This document shows positions 31,089 through 42,449 of a stretch of 64,000 nucleotides of DNA, piece after piece. Source of the DNA: an uncultured Nitrospiraceae bacterium (GTDB lineage Bacteria; Nitrospirota; Nitrospiria; Nitrospirales; Nitrospiraceae); contig CAWJWJ010000002.1 of assembly GCA_963846575.1 (NCBI GenBank), positions 448,001-512,000 of the forward strand. Direction: 5' to 3'. A model generated the notes under the pieces. That model saw only the letters and a list, made by a program, of their open reading frames with translations, was not told the origin of the DNA and did not search any database. The position numbers were made by a program, and so were the translations under genes. Every line of letters starts with the position of its first letter. The stretch's first letter is position 1.

Positions 31089-31492
31089 TCCTTGACCAGA
31101 GCTTTAAGCCGGTCTTTCAATTCCGGGATCTGTTCCATGTTATTGCGGATCGCCCCAAGGATATTTTCAAGACGCGCCGATCGCTGGGCATCTTTATCTT
31201 GCTTCACCAGCTGATCATATCCGACATAGGCCTCGCGGTGTAGAGGCTCCAGATAGGGTCGGCTTGCTTGTAACGCTTCGCCCAGTTCGTATGGTTCGGC
31301 CGCCAGCGCGGGAGCCACGACAAATGAGCCATCTGTGAAGACGAGGACCACCGATCCGGCCTTGCTTTTCAGTGGCGTCACGACTTCGACCGTCTTCCCG
31401 GTAAGTTGTTCCCAGTGGTGGAGCAATCCCGGAAATGCTTTAAGGTAGGCCACCTTTTCCATGTTGGCCTTCCATTTATCGTCGGCTGGCAT
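31079..31492 (-). CDS. Hypothetical protein
   Basis: GAGG SD; coupled to the downstream ferredoxin. Confidence 0.78.
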   Translation of the reverse strand: MPADDKWKANMEKVAYLKAFPGLLHHWEQLTGKTVEVVTPLKSKAGSVVLVFTDGSFVVAPALAAEPYELGEALQASRPYLEPLHREAYVGYDQLVKQDKDAQRSARLENILGAIRNNMEQIPELKDRLKALVKEWK

Positions 31493-31527
31493 AGAAACCT
31501 CGCGAGATGCAGGGGCCTGTGCTGAAT

Positions 31528-31878
31528 TCAGGCCTTTAGTGGAGAGAGGAGCGGGGTCGGGGCTTGATCGGGCATGAGCAGGCGTTCGACGAGCTCCCCC
31601 TTCACGATGTGGCGCTCCATAATTTCTTTGACGTCAGCCTCGGAGGTGACGCGATACCAAACGCCTTCAGGATATACGACGACGCTCGGACCTTGAGCGC
31701 AATAGTCTAGGCAACCCGCTTTGTTGGCACGGACGATCCCTTTCAGATTCAGACGCTTGGCTTCCTGCTTGAAACAGGCATGCAGCCCTTCGGACCCGAG
31801 CTTCGAACAGCTTCCCCGCGGATCGTCGGGTTCGCGTTTGTTTGTGCAGACGAATATGTGGCGTTGATAGCCGGTCAT
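31528..31878 (-). CDS. Thioredoxin-like [2Fe-2S] ferredoxin
   Basis: HIFVCTN...SC...GCLDYCAQGP.VVVYPEGVWY. Confidence 0.92.
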   Translation of the reverse strand: MTGYQRHIFVCTNKREPDDPRGSCSKLGSEGLHACFKQEAKRLNLKGIVRANKAGCLDYCAQGPSVVVYPEGVWYRVTSEADVKEIMERHIVKGELVERLLMPDQAPTPLLSPLKA

Positions 31879-31915
31879 ACGACTTCTTCCACGAAATGCG
31901 GTCTGATGTGCACGG

Positions 31916-32284
31916 TCATGCCTGACTATGGAACCGTTCAATGAGTTGCTTGACGTCCCCGACATTGAGAAGCGGCGAGCCGGCAGCCTGGGTGCCTGCA
32001 ATTGCGGCAATCTCTTGAAGGCGCAACTGGGCGCGCTGTTTCGCTTCCGGTTCCGAGAGGGCGGATACCCGCTTCTTGGCGAGTTTGTCGAACTCGGCCT
32101 GGATGTCTCGGAAATCGCGTTGAAGGTGTTTCATCATGGAGCAGGGATCACAATACCACTTCGGGCTTTGGTCCGAAGCCGGTGAGAGGCGATCGTAGGT
32201 GCGTCCGAAAAAATCCTTACCCAGCGACAGCTTCATTAACGGTGTGCCTGCGGCGTTGCAGGCATTACAAGCTCCGGCATCCAT
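31916..32284 (-). CDS. Hypothetical protein with two CxxC pairs
   Basis: CNAC and YCDPC; GGAGGAG SD. Confidence 0.75.
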   Translation of the reverse strand: MDAGACNACNAAGTPLMKLSLGKDFFGRTYDRLSPASDQSPKWYCDPCSMMKHLQRDFRDIQAEFDKLAKKRVSALSEPEAKQRAQLRLQEIAAIAGTQAAGSPLLNVGDVKQLIERFHSQA

Positions 32285-32450
32285 GCGCGAGGTGCTCCTC
32301 CCAGAAAAAGTGATGATTGACAGCCCGCGGATCTTACCGCACTGAACTTTGCCGTAGCAAGGTGGACCTGTCTGCGTGGCGCATCGGTGGCCGAGGTGTT
32401 CCATGTATAATGAAGTGTCACAGAGATCCGTTGTTATCAAGGAGGCTGTC

Positions 32451-33554
32451 ATGCTCATTGGCGTCCCGAAGGAAATCAAGGATCATGAGCATCGGGTAAG
32501 TGTGACGCCGGATGGCGTCCGCATGTTAGCGAAGTCCGGACATCACGTGCTGGTGGAACCCTCGGCGGGAGAAGGCAGCGGGTTTCCGGATGAAGCCTAT
32601 CGTCAAGCCGGCGCGCAGATGGCTCGTTCGAAGGCAGAATTATTCCAACAGGCGGAAATGATCGTGAAAGTCAAAGAGCCTCAGATGTCTGAGTGTGCGC
32701 TCTTTCGTCCCGGCCAGGTTCTATTTACGTATTTGCATCTGGCATCATTGCCGGATCTGACCAAGGCGCTGATGGCCGCACAGGTGACCGCCATCGCCTA
32801 TGAAACCGTCGAGGCCGACGACCACAGCCTCCCCATCCTGCGACCGATGAGCGAGATTGCCGGGCGGTTGTCCGTGCAGGTGGGAGCTCACTATCTGGGG
32901 CAGGTGCAGGGTGGCCGCGGGCTCTTGCTGGCAGGAGTTCCCGGTGTGCCGCCTGGGCATGTGGTCGTCCTGGGAGCCGGAGTTGTGGGAACGTCCGCGG
33001 TCAGGATTGCGGTCGGCATGGGAGCGCGGGTTACGGTGATCAACTTGGACCTTGACCGCTTGCGGGCTCTCGACGATTTGTACGGTGGACGCATCGAGAC
33101 CTGCGCTGCGACGGAATCAGCGATCAGGCGTGCCATCGCCGAGGCTGATCTGGTGATCGGCGCAGTGTTGGTGCCTGGCGCGCGCGCGCCAAAGGTCATC
33201 TCGCGAGACATGGTATCGACCATGAATCCTGGCTCTGTAATTGTAGACGTGGCGGTTGATCAAGGCGGGTGCAGCGAAACAACACAGCCCACCACCCACT
33301 CGGATCCCGTCTATGCGGTTGACGGCGTGCTACATTATTGCGTCACAAATATGCCGGGCATTGTTCCCCATACGTCAACCCTGGCCTTGACCAATACGAC
33401 CTTGCCGTACATTCTCCGACTCGCTTCGGAGGGCGTTGAGCACGCTATTCATTCGGATGCTGGCCTAGCCAAAGGGGTGAACGTGAGAAACGGCGCAATC
33501 ACCTGTCAGGCGGTGGCCGAAGCACATGGCTTGCGTTTTACATCCATCTTGTAA
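32451..33554 (+). CDS. ald: Alanine dehydrogenase
   Basis: [44 protein letters not shown]. Confidence 0.96.
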   Translation: MLIGVPKEIKDHEHRVSVTPDGVRMLAKSGHHVLVEPSAGEGSGFPDEAYRQAGAQMARSKAELFQQAEMIVKVKEPQMSECALFRPGQVLFTYLHLASLPDLTKALMAAQVTAIAYETVEADDHSLPILRPMSEIAGRLSVQVGAHYLGQVQGGRGLLLAGVPGVPPGHVVVLGAGVVGTSAVRIAVGMGARVTVINLDLDRLRALDDLYGGRIETCAATESAIRRAIAEADLVIGAVLVPGARAPKVISRDMVSTMNPGSVIVDVAVDQGGCSETTQPTTHSDPVYAVDGVLHYCVTNMPGIVPHTSTLALTNTTLPYILRLASEGVEHAIHSDAGLAKGVNVRNGAITCQAVAEAHGLRFTSIL

Positions 33555-33588
33555 GACAATCCGGAACTCGTGCTCGGTTCTGCCCGGT

Positions 33589-33667
<79 letters not shown>

Positions 33668-33981
33668 ACCGCACTTCGTTCGAAGCTGCGGAGATGCCAC
33701 CTCTCTCACCCGCACAAACGTCTTCTCAATCCGGCGCCTGTGGTGCGCAGCCGAGACACTGCTCCTCCCGGCACTGTCGGGTCGTTGCACGGGAATTTTA
33801 TCGAAATATCCGGGCGCTTATGCTCCGTACTCGATCGTCCGATATATCACTACAAACAGTGCGATGGTGCCGCGTAAACTCGCAAATCGCGTGACGACGT
33901 ATGGGAGCTGTGAGAGTATCCTTTCCTGGGTGCCGTGCGGAACGGGTGACGGTTGTCCCGCCACGTAGAGGCTTGCGAAGC

Positions 33982-34269
33982 ATGACCACAACCGGTGCCG
34001 AGGTACATGCCAAGATTCTGGTAAGCGGACACGTGCAAGGGGTGGGCTATCGGGCGTTCGCCTGCCGAATGGCGGTTTCGCGCGGACTCAAGGGCGGCGT
34101 AGAAAACCTCGATAGCGGGCAAGTGGCCTTGGATGTCGAAGGGGGCAAGGAGTCGGTTGAAGCATTATTAGTGGATCTCAAAAAGGGTCCGGTCGGGGCA
34201 CGCGTGATCCAGCTCCAAGTAGAGTGGAGTGCAGCGACGGGCCGACATCACGATTTCACGATTTGGTAG
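33982..34269 (+). CDS. acyP: Acylphosphatase
   Basis: [17 protein letters not shown]....EG. Confidence 0.92.
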   Translation: MTTTGAEVHAKILVSGHVQGVGYRAFACRMAVSRGLKGGVENLDSGQVALDVEGGKESVEALLVDLKKGPVGARVIQLQVEWSAATGRHHDFTIW

Positions 34270-34283
34270 CAGGTACTGATCTT

Positions 34284-35282
34284 ATGGCTCGACGCGCAAC
34301 AGTTCGTCAGACAGCTGAGATGAATCCGGCCGCTGCGGTTCGCCGGCCTCGTGCCGCCCGCGCTGAGGAGGACGACGACGGGGATCCGCAGGAAGGTCCT
34401 GAGGCCGAAGCCTCCGGAGCGGAAAGTCGCCCCGCGGAATCGGGACGGGCTGAAGGCCTCGACACGATAAAAAGTTATTTGAGAGAAGTTCGTAAATCGA
34501 CGCTGTTGAATTTCAAACAGGAACAGTCGTTAGGTAAGCGGGTCATGGCCGGCGATGAAGCCGCGCGCCAGGAAATGATCGAGGCCAACCTCCGTCTGGT
34601 CATCAGCATCGGGAAGCGCTACATGAACCGTGGATTCCCGTTTGCCGATATCGTCGAGGAAGGCAATCTTGGCCTGATCAAGGCGGTGGAAAAGTTCAAT
34701 TATAAACGGGGCTTCCGTTTCAGCACCTACGCGTCCTGGTGGATTCGTCAATTTATCGAGCGTGCGATTATCAATCAGGGCAAGTTGGTTCGGCTGCCCG
34801 TGCATGTGGTCGAGCGATTGAACCGCTACCTGGGCAAGGTGGAGCAATTGGTGCATGAGTTGGGACGGGAACCCCGGACCGATGAAGTCGCCGCCAAGTT
34901 GAAAACGAGCGAGGAAGAAGTCGACGATCTGAAGCAACTCGTCCGTACCACCTGCTCCCTCGACAGTCCGATCAGTGATCGACAAGATACCTTTCTACGG
35001 GACGTGATCGAGGACCCCCTCTGCCTCACGCCGGCCGAGACGACCGAAGGGGTGATGCGGCGGGCGGAGCTCATGGCGTGGGTGAAAGAGCTGCCCGAGA
35101 AGGAACGCACGGTCATTTTGGCCCGGTTTGGGCTTGACGGCGCCGAGTCGCGGACGTTAGAAGAGATCGGTCGCGAAATGGGACTGACTCGAGAGCGGGT
35201 ACGCCAAATTGAAACGGCGGCACTTGTCAGGCTCCGAGGAATTATCGAACGCAAAACTATGAAGCGGGGCGATCTCCTATGA
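34284..35282 (+). CDS. RNA polymerase sigma70 factor, group 2 / RpoS-like
   Basis: Regions 1.2 (YLREV), 2 ([19 protein letters not shown]), 3 and 4 ([16 protein letters not shown]); no region 1.1. Confidence 0.92.
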   Translation: MARRATVRQTAEMNPAAAVRRPRAARAEEDDDGDPQEGPEAEASGAESRPAESGRAEGLDTIKSYLREVRKSTLLNFKQEQSLGKRVMAGDEAARQEMIEANLRLVISIGKRYMNRGFPFADIVEEGNLGLIKAVEKFNYKRGFRFSTYASWWIRQFIERAIINQGKLVRLPVHVVERLNRYLGKVEQLVHELGREPRTDEVAAKLKTSEEEVDDLKQLVRTTCSLDSPISDRQDTFLRDVIEDPLCLTPAETTEGVMRRAELMAWVKELPEKERTVILARFGLDGAESRTLEEIGREMGLTRERVRQIETAALVRLRGIIERKTMKRGDLL

Positions 35283-35306
35283 GAACGTCCCGACGCCACC
35301 GCCATC

Positions 35307-35822
35307 ATGAACTACAAAGCCCTCATCCGAGAAGTCCCCAACTTTCCTAAGCCCGGCATTCTGTTTTACGACATTACGACCCTCCTCAAAGACGCGCAGG
35401 CGTTTCGGGCCATCGCCGACGAGCTGGCGACGCGGTATCAGGGGCAGGGCATCGCGAAGGTAATCGGTATCGAGTCGCGAGGCTTCATCCTGGGCGGGAC
35501 ATTGGCCGCTCGTCTCGGCGCCGGCTTTGTTCCCGTGCGAAAACCCGGAAAGCTCCCGGCTGATATTTTTGAGGTGCAATACAACCTTGAATACGGGTCC
35601 AGTGTATTGGCCATTCATCGGGACGCGGTGGCCATCGGCGAGCGAGTCCTGATCGTGGACGACCTGCTAGCCACAGGTGGAACGGCTGCGGCAACGGTTC
35701 ACTTGATCCGACAACTGGGTGGTGAGATTGCAGGATTGGATTTCCTCGTGGAGCTGAAAGGCCTGAACGGACGCGAGCGGCTTACCGGGTACGACGTGCA
35801 TTCGATGATCATCTATCCGTAA
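35307..35822 (+). CDS. apt: Adenine phosphoribosyltransferase
   Basis: [34 protein letters not shown]. Confidence 0.96.
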   Translation: MNYKALIREVPNFPKPGILFYDITTLLKDAQAFRAIADELATRYQGQGIAKVIGIESRGFILGGTLAARLGAGFVPVRKPGKLPADIFEVQYNLEYGSSVLAIHRDAVAIGERVLIVDDLLATGGTAAATVHLIRQLGGEIAGLDFLVELKGLNGRERLTGYDVHSMIIYP

Positions 35823-35926
35823 CTCCCCAGCCCTAGGGGAGCGAAGGGCTTGTCAAACGATTTGTAGCGTGATATACCAGCCAAACTTTTTCGCCTTGCA
35901 CTCATCACGAAAGGGTATGAGACTCT

Positions 35927-36502
35927 ATGGCGACGAAAGTCCACGCGAAGAAGAAAACACCAACGACGAAAGCCAAAGCGCTCGCTCCTGAAAAGCCTGT
36001 GAAGAAGGAGCGACCGGCACCGGTTACCCATATGACGCAAAAAGACGAAGATAGTGTAGCGGCACGTGTTGTAGCGGCGCTTACCCTCAAGGAAACGCCG
36101 AAAGAGCGCGAGGAGCGCCAGCATCGCCGTGAGGTGTTGCAGCGCATGTTGCTCGGCAAACGTCAGGAAATCATGCGGGAGATCGAGGGCAATCTGGGTC
36201 AGTCCCTGACGGAAGATCAGCAGCGCCGCCTGGAATCTGCCCGTGACGTGGGCGATCAGGCCCTCATGGACCTGGATCGGGAACTGGGCATCTCATTGAT
36301 GGAGATGCGCAATCGGAAGCGTCAAGCGATCGACGAGGCCTTGACCCGCTTGAACGAGGGAACGTACGGGATCTGCGCGGAATGCGGCATCGAAGTGAGT
36401 GAAAAGCGGTTAGAAGCGGTGCCGTTCGCCAAGCTCTGTGTCCAATGCCAGTCTCGGCAGGAATTACTGGAAAAGATCGAGAAGGAAGAGGACCGCGACT
36501 AG
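35927..36502 (+). CDS. DksA/TraR family C4 zinc-finger protein
   Basis: DVGDQA (DxxDxA) tip; YGICAECG..RLEAVPFA.LCVQC. Confidence 0.9.
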   Translation: MATKVHAKKKTPTTKAKALAPEKPVKKERPAPVTHMTQKDEDSVAARVVAALTLKETPKEREERQHRREVLQRMLLGKRQEIMREIEGNLGQSLTEDQQRRLESARDVGDQALMDLDRELGISLMEMRNRKRQAIDEALTRLNEGTYGICAECGIEVSEKRLEAVPFAKLCVQCQSRQELLEKIEKEEDRD

Positions 36503-36617
36503 TCCCCTGGGCTGGTCGCATCAGTACTACAGTTCTTGAGCATTGTGTTGCGCCGCGGGGCAGCTTTCGCGACCCTCTCGCCTGTGCCGGTGATCCACCC
36601 CTTTTCTTCCTCTATCT

Positions 36618-37316
36618 ATGACTCAGGTCGTTCCCAGGGCAGTCGTGTTGCTCAGTGGCGGGTTGGACTCCACTGTGACAGCTGCAATCGCACAACAGGA
36701 TGGATTCGCCATTTACTGTGTGACGGTTTCCTACGGACAGCGTCATGCTATTGAGATCGAACGGGCACAGGCGGCCGCCCGGGCGCTCGGGGCACTGGGG
36801 CATGTCGTGGTGGACGTGGACCTGAGAGCGTTCGGCGGCTCCGCTCTGACCGATGACATGGAGGTCCCCAAAGACCGCACGGAAGCAGAGCGCTCAGGGG
36901 CGATTCCGGTCACCTATGTTCCCGCAAGAAACACCGTCTTTCTGTCGCTGGCCTTGGCTTATGCCGAGCGGGTCGGTGCGCGGACGATCTATTTTGGTGC
37001 GAATGTCCTGGATTACTCCGGATACCCGGACTGCCGGCCTGAATTTATCCGCGCGTTTGAGGCCGTTGCGCGGCTGGGCACAAAGATGGGCGTCGAAGGC
37101 GAAGCGATCGAGGTCCGCGCACCCCTGCTCATGAAGTCGAAGGCCGAGATTGTACGATGGGGGAAGGAACTGCGCGTGCCGTTCGAACTGACGCACAGTT
37201 GCTATGACCCGAGCGAAGACGGCGTCGCTTGTGGACGCTGTGACAGCTGCCGCATCCGACGGGAAGGCTTTCGTCAGGCAGGAGTTGTGGATCCTGTCGC
37301 TTATGCGATACCCTGA
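36618..37316 (+). CDS. queC: 7-cyano-7-deazaguanine synthase
   Basis: LSGGLDS, YGQRH, TYVPARN, GYPDCR, SCY..CGRCDSC. Confidence 0.96.
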   Translation: MTQVVPRAVVLLSGGLDSTVTAAIAQQDGFAIYCVTVSYGQRHAIEIERAQAAARALGALGHVVVDVDLRAFGGSALTDDMEVPKDRTEAERSGAIPVTYVPARNTVFLSLALAYAERVGARTIYFGANVLDYSGYPDCRPEFIRAFEAVARLGTKMGVEGEAIEVRAPLLMKSKAEIVRWGKELRVPFELTHSCYDPSEDGVACGRCDSCRIRREGFRQAGVVDPVAYAIP

Positions 37317-37433
37317 CTGAAGTCGGACTGACCATCAGAGAGAGAAACGAGTCGTTCTCAGGGGGGATGACCGTTTTCGATTCCCTCCCAGCCCTGTAGG
37401 GTGCGGTCACGCAATATTCTGGAGAACGTACCT

Positions 37434-37610
37434 ATGACACCCGAAGAATTCTTCATGTATCTCATCATCGGTCTTGTGATCGTCGCGCCTATCGGTGCGC
37501 GGATCTATCGGCGATTGACCCTGAATCGAACAACCCGGATGTTGCGTGAGCAATTGAACCAATCCCAGGGAGCCCCCTCCACCGTTCCCAGGCCGGAGCC
37601 CCCGCGATGA
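37434..37610 (+). CDS. Small membrane protein
   Basis: GGAG SD; one TM helix; ATGA overlap with the next gene. Confidence 0.65.
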   Translation: MTPEEFFMYLIIGLVIVAPIGARIYRRLTLNRTTRMLREQLNQSQGAPSTVPRPEPPR

Positions 37611-38029
37611 GGCCCCTCACGTGGAATGGTGAACGGGCGAACGTATTGCTGCGTGTAACCGCGATAGGTTTGTTGTCGGCTGTGCTGGCGGCTTGTGACA
37701 CGAGTGCCACGAGTCCGGAGGCCGCGAAGGCCCCGGGGGGCGCTACGCCAACGGAATTTCAGGTGGGCGAAACAAAGTTTGCCGCCAACTGTGCCGCCTG
37801 CCATGGCGTTCGAGGAGTCGGGACCAAGCAAGGCCCTCCGTTGGTCCATAAGGTCTACGAACCGAATCATCATGCCGATGCTGCCTTCCAGCGGGCAGCG
37901 GAGAATGGCGTTCGTGCTCATCATTGGGAGTTCGGCAACATGCCGAAGGTCGAAGGGGTAACCGCGGGGGACGTGGATCACATTATCCGCTACGTGCGAT
38001 GGCTGCAACGGGAGGCCGGCATTTATTAG
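37607..38029 (+). CDS. Monoheme cytochrome c lipoprotein
   Basis: Lipobox LAAC; CAACH; HHWEFGNMP distal Met. Confidence 0.9.
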   Translation: MRPLTWNGERANVLLRVTAIGLLSAVLAACDTSATSPEAAKAPGGATPTEFQVGETKFAANCAACHGVRGVGTKQGPPLVHKVYEPNHHADAAFQRAAENGVRAHHWEFGNMPKVEGVTAGDVDHIIRYVRWLQREAGIY

Positions 38030-38213
38030 TATCGCGCCTTCTGTGCGTCGAAATCCCTGCATCCCTGCTCTTCTCTGCTGTTCCAGCACCATCCCCGTTT
38101 GACAAGGCATTCAAGTGGTTCGTAAGGTATTCGCATGGCCTCGCGAGGCTTCAGATCGCGCTGGACGCCACCGGGCGTAACTCGTGGGCCTCGGTCCAAC
38201 AGAGGAGGAACCT

Positions 38214-39041
38214 ATGAGACAGGGAGCCGGGTTGATGGTGGCGATAATGACGGCTGTGCTGGCTACGTCTGGCTGCGTCGCGATCGAGGCGGGCCATGAA
38301 GGGGTTTTGGTTCAACAACCTTTTTTCTTCGGTCATGGAGGCGTCGATCCCGAGCCCACGAAGACCGGACGCGTCTGGGTTGCACCCACCACGAAGGTAC
38401 AGGAAGTCGACATCAGGCCGCTCCAGTACTCGGAGCACTTCGACATCATTTCGGCGGAAAATGCCCCGGTTTCCTTCGATGCGTTCATGATCGCTAACGT
38501 CATTGAAGGCCGGTCACCGGAACTAATCAGTCGCTACGGTCCCAGCTGGTATCAGAACAACGTCAAGGAAGCTTTCCGCACCTTCGTTCGGGAAGAAGTG
38601 CAGCGGTACCCGCTCTTTCAATTGACTACCGATCCCACGACCAGAACCAAGTTGCAGGATGCCATAGCGCGTGAGGTTCAGACCAAGCTCATCGACAAAC
38701 AAACGATGCCGATTCGCCTCAATCGCGTTGTGGTGGGCAGCATCCTGCCGCCCAAAGGTGTAGTCGAACAGACGACCCAAACCATCGTGCAGGAACAGCG
38801 GAAGCTCACCATGGTTGAGTTTCAGAAGGCGGAAGAGGCGCGCGAAAAGGCTGAAAAGCAGCGTGGGATCGCCGACCGTGCGTATCGGGAATCATTGGGA
38901 CTGACCGCACCGGAATTCGTCGATTTGCGTCGGGTCGAAGTTCAGAAGGAGATCGTTCAGCACTCACCGGCGGCTTTGACCGTCATCATGGGACTGGAGC
39001 GCTTCGGAGTCAACCTTCCGCCCATCGCGGGGGATCGGTAG
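38214..39041 (+). CDS. SPFH/band-7 (prohibitin-like) lipoprotein
   Basis: TSGC lipobox; IEAGHEGVLV SPFH start; C-terminal coiled coil. Confidence 0.82.
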   Translation: MRQGAGLMVAIMTAVLATSGCVAIEAGHEGVLVQQPFFFGHGGVDPEPTKTGRVWVAPTTKVQEVDIRPLQYSEHFDIISAENAPVSFDAFMIANVIEGRSPELISRYGPSWYQNNVKEAFRTFVREEVQRYPLFQLTTDPTTRTKLQDAIAREVQTKLIDKQTMPIRLNRVVVGSILPPKGVVEQTTQTIVQEQRKLTMVEFQKAEEAREKAEKQRGIADRAYRESLGLTAPEFVDLRRVEVQKEIVQHSPAALTVIMGLERFGVNLPPIAGDR

Positions 39042-39081
39042 TCACGGCAATCGGAATGCCTGTCGGGCAGAAGCGGGGAGA

Positions 39082-39109
39082 GACGAGCCGGACGTGGAGA
39101 CGGCTCGTC
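39082..39109. terminator. Hairpin between convergent genes
   Basis: GACGAGCCG-10 nt-CGGCTCGTC perfect 9-bp stem; no U-tract. Confidence 0.45.
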
Positions 39110-39125
39110 CTCCAATCCTCGCGGA

Positions 39126-39857
39126 TTATTTCACCAGCCACACTCGATACGTTTTTGTATTAAGAGGTTTGGCGATCTTGAGGGTGCCGATCTCTCCGGG
39201 ATTCATCACGTCGTCCCCGGTCGTGGTTTTTCTTGCCGGGTACCGGGTGCTCCGTAGCAAAATGCCCTGGTCATCATAAAACTCTACCATCACATCCGCC
39301 GATTCTCGCAGCGTACCCTGGTACGCGGTGCTAAGCCAGTCGAGACGTTTCAGCGCCTGGTACACGACGACGACGGTGCCATCAGGTTCTTCTCGCGTGC
39401 TGAGGATCCGCAGCGCCCGGTTCTGATCCACGGCAAGCTCACCGCCGGTACTGGCCTGGGACAGCAGCACTCGTTCCACGCCTTCCGGGTGAAAGTCCGC
39501 CCTGACCTTGCAGTAGACTGTCCGCCCCTTGTCGCTTTGCTCCAGAATCTGTTGGCCGCTGACATATTGTGCGGCTAAGGTGTGGACCAGATTGTGAAAC
39601 GCTTTGGAATCCACCAGCGAGGCTGTCCGCTCGCGAACCGCGGCCGTCGTGCTGATAGCTTGATGCAGGGCTTCCAGGCAAGCCGTTTGTTTGGCTTCGG
39701 AGAGGGTTTCAGGTGCGTGATAGGCATATCGATAATCCCCCACAATTTCGATGGCCGGCGTGACCGAAAGCGCGAGCGAGGGGATACCGAATGCGATGCA
39801 CTGTAGGACACATGCCAGCAGCGCAGGACTGGTTAAGAGGGATCGTAGTCGGGTCAT
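39126..39857 (-). CDS. Exported hypothetical protein
   Basis: Signal-peptide-like N-terminus; long clean ORF. Confidence 0.72.
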   Translation of the reverse strand: MTRLRSLLTSPALLACVLQCIAFGIPSLALSVTPAIEIVGDYRYAYHAPETLSEAKQTACLEALHQAISTTAAVRERTASLVDSKAFHNLVHTLAAQYVSGQQILEQSDKGRTVYCKVRADFHPEGVERVLLSQASTGGELAVDQNRALRILSTREEPDGTVVVVYQALKRLDWLSTAYQGTLRESADVMVEFYDDQGILLRSTRYPARKTTTGDDVMNPGEIGTLKIAKPLNTKTYRVWLVK

Positions 39858-40154
39858 CACAAGCCACCTACCTTTCTGGGGCAAGTTTCGGATCGGTCGG
39901 GATGCCAATCGCCAAGCGGCGGCTCTCAGTCATGCTACCACGCGGTCGAACCGTCAGCAATGTGACTCAACCCGGACGGGCAGCCATCGTTCTCTGATCA
40001 CGTACATGGCGGTGTGTGATCCTGCCGGTCTCTTCATATGAGAGCGAGCGGACCATCGAGGCCGATAAGGGGGAGAATTGCAGCCTCCTGCTGCGAGAAA
40101 CCCTCGGATGCCTTGACTTGATTGAGCGCTTCACTCAAACTCTGGCAGCACACT

Positions 40155-42419
40155 ATGTACGATGGTACCGAGCAAGACCTGCTTTGCCTCCTCGCCTCGC
40201 GGGCCGGAATTTCTGCCGAGTTTTACGACATCGCCGGCACTCTTCACACCACCAGCGAGCACACGACCCGGGCTATCTTGTCCGCGATGGGCTTTTGCGT
40301 CGATTCGCGTGAGGCGCTGGCTCAGGAACTTACCAGGTGGGACGAGGCTATCTGGCGGCAGCCCTGCGATCCCATTCTCATCCTCCAGCAGGGCTATGAG
40401 TCGGTGCACTGGTCATTGCGACTTCTGCTTGAGGGAGAGGACGAACAGCGGGTGGCCGTCCGATGGCATGTGACCGATGAAAAAGGCACGGTCGTTCATC
40501 GCGCGGAAGCCGGCCCCCACTTGGTCGCGGCAGAGGAGCAGGATCTGGGGGGGCGCCGCGCTGTGCGGTTTCAATTGCCGCTCGTTGCCGACTTGCCGCT
40601 CGGGTATTACGATCTCTCGGTGATGGCTAGAGGAAGCCATGAAGAGACGCAGGGATCACTCCGTGTCGTCGTCGCTCCGCCGCACTGTTACGTGCCGGAA
40701 GGTATGGCCAACGGGGAGCGGGTCTGGGGCCTGGCGATACAACTGTATTCGCTGCGATCCCGGGCGAATTGGGGGGTCGGCGACTTTTCAGATCTGGCCC
40801 AGTTGGTCGAATGGGCGGGGAGGGATTTGGGCGCCGGGATCATCGGCTTGAATCCGCTACACGCGTTAAAAAATACCCGTCCCCACCATCTGAGTCCCTA
40901 CTCACCGACGAGTCGGCTCTTTTTGAACGAACTCTATATCGATGTCGAACGTTTGCCGGAATATCGCAGTTCGCCGGAAGCGCAGCGGTTACGGAACAGT
41001 CCGGAGTTTCAGAACGAGTTGGAGCGGGTCCGGCAAGCGGACCATCTTGATTCCGAGGCCGTGGTGAAGCTGAAGCGCACCATGTTGGATTTTGCCTACC
41101 GTCAGTTTCTCACCGACAACTACACAGGGATTGAGCCCTCCCTGCAGCCGGCCAGCGCGCGCGGGTGGTTACTCGAACGGTTTATTCGCGACGAGGGTGA
41201 ATCGCTTGAACGGTTCGCCTTGTTTCAGGTTCTGGAGGAAGAGAGGCGTTTGGTCGAGCTGGCTCCCAAGCTATGGCCCGAGTGGCCTGACCAGTACCGG
41301 ACTCCCGGTTTGCCGGCATTACGAGAATTCTTCAGGCGACATCGCAAGCGGGTCCGGTTCTTCCAATATATGCAGTGGATTGCGGCCGATCAGTTGAAGG
41401 AGGCCAAGGTCCGCGCGTCTCAGGTACAGATGACGGTGGGATTGTATCCCGATCTGGCGCTAGGCAGCGATCGCAACGGCGGCGAGGCCTGGATGTTACA
41501 GGACGTCCTGGCATTGGGAGCGGACTGCGGAGCTCCTCCTGATGCGTTTGCTCCACAAGGGCAGAACTGGGGCTTTTCGCCATTTCACCCGCTTCGCCTC
41601 AAAGCCACGGGGTATCGCTCCTTCGTGGAGCTATTACGGAAAACCCTCCGCCAGGGTGGGGCTGTCCGCATCGACCACGTCATGATGTTGTTCCGGCTAT
41701 TTTGGGTTCCCCGTGGATTGACTGCGGCGGCGGGGGCATACGTGCAATACCCCGCCGAAGACCTGCTCCGTCTGCTGGCGTTGGAGAGCATGCGCGCTCA
41801 GACGCTGGTGATCGGTGAAGACTTGGGCACGGTACCGGATTACGTGCGAGAACAGCTCGCGCGCTACAAGATCCTCTCCTACCGCGTCCTCTACTTCGAG
41901 CGTAACTGGAATGACGGGTCGTTCAACCCGCCTGCGGACTACCCGGAGCAATCGCTGGCGGTCGTCACTACGCACGATCTTCCCACCCTGACCGGTTACT
42001 GGGAGGGAGAGGATATCCGGCTACGCGCGAGTCTCGGCATGTATGCGAGCGAAGAGGCCCGTCTGCAGGCTGTTGAGGAGCGGATGCGGGACAAGGGGCA
42101 CATGCTTGCGGCCCTCAGGCAAGCGGGACTCCTGCCGTCAGATCTGAGCGACCGACCGGAAGAGGTGCCCCGGATGACACCGGAACTCTGCCGGGTGATC
42201 CATGCCTATCTCGCAACATCCAAGGCCTGGATTGTGATGGCGAACCTTGACGATCTCATCGGCGAAGTGACACAAATGAACCTGCCCGGGACTTTGGATG
42301 CCTATCCGAACTGGTCTCGAAAGTTATCGCTGTTGCTCGAGGAGCTTCAACGGGATGAACGAGTGCAATCGCTTGCCGCGGCCGTGCGCGCCGTCCGTTC
42401 CCCTGCCGCCAGCCAATAG
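40155..42419 (+). CDS. malQ: 4-alpha-glucanotransferase (GH77)
   Basis: QLYSLRS..WGVGDF, SPYSP, GAPPDAF..GQNWG, RIDH, GEDLG, THD, NLPGT..PNW. Confidence 0.96.
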   Translation: MYDGTEQDLLCLLASRAGISAEFYDIAGTLHTTSEHTTRAILSAMGFCVDSREALAQELTRWDEAIWRQPCDPILILQQGYESVHWSLRLLLEGEDEQRVAVRWHVTDEKGTVVHRAEAGPHLVAAEEQDLGGRRAVRFQLPLVADLPLGYYDLSVMARGSHEETQGSLRVVVAPPHCYVPEGMANGERVWGLAIQLYSLRSRANWGVGDFSDLAQLVEWAGRDLGAGIIGLNPLHALKNTRPHHLSPYSPTSRLFLNELYIDVERLPEYRSSPEAQRLRNSPEFQNELERVRQADHLDSEAVVKLKRTMLDFAYRQFLTDNYTGIEPSLQPASARGWLLERFIRDEGESLERFALFQVLEEERRLVELAPKLWPEWPDQYRTPGLPALREFFRRHRKRVRFFQYMQWIAADQLKEAKVRASQVQMTVGLYPDLALGSDRNGGEAWMLQDVLALGADCGAPPDAFAPQGQNWGFSPFHPLRLKATGYRSFVELLRKTLRQGGAVRIDHVMMLFRLFWVPRGLTAAAGAYVQYPAEDLLRLLALESMRAQTLVIGEDLGTVPDYVREQLARYKILSYRVLYFERNWNDGSFNPPADYPEQSLAVVTTHDLPTLTGYWEGEDIRLRASLGMYASEEARLQAVEERMRDKGHMLAALRQAGLLPSDLSDRPEEVPRMTPELCRVIHAYLATSKAWIVMANLDDLIGEVTQMNLPGTLDAYPNWSRKLSLLLEELQRDERVQSLAAAVRAVRSPAASQ

Positions 42420-42449
42420 GCCGTGGTTGTTGCCCGGTCCGGAATCGCG

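Noticed and set aside
34284..35282. Naming the sigma factor rpoD or rpoS
   Set aside because: No region 1.1, so not primary RpoD; RpoS orthology cannot be shown without a tree.
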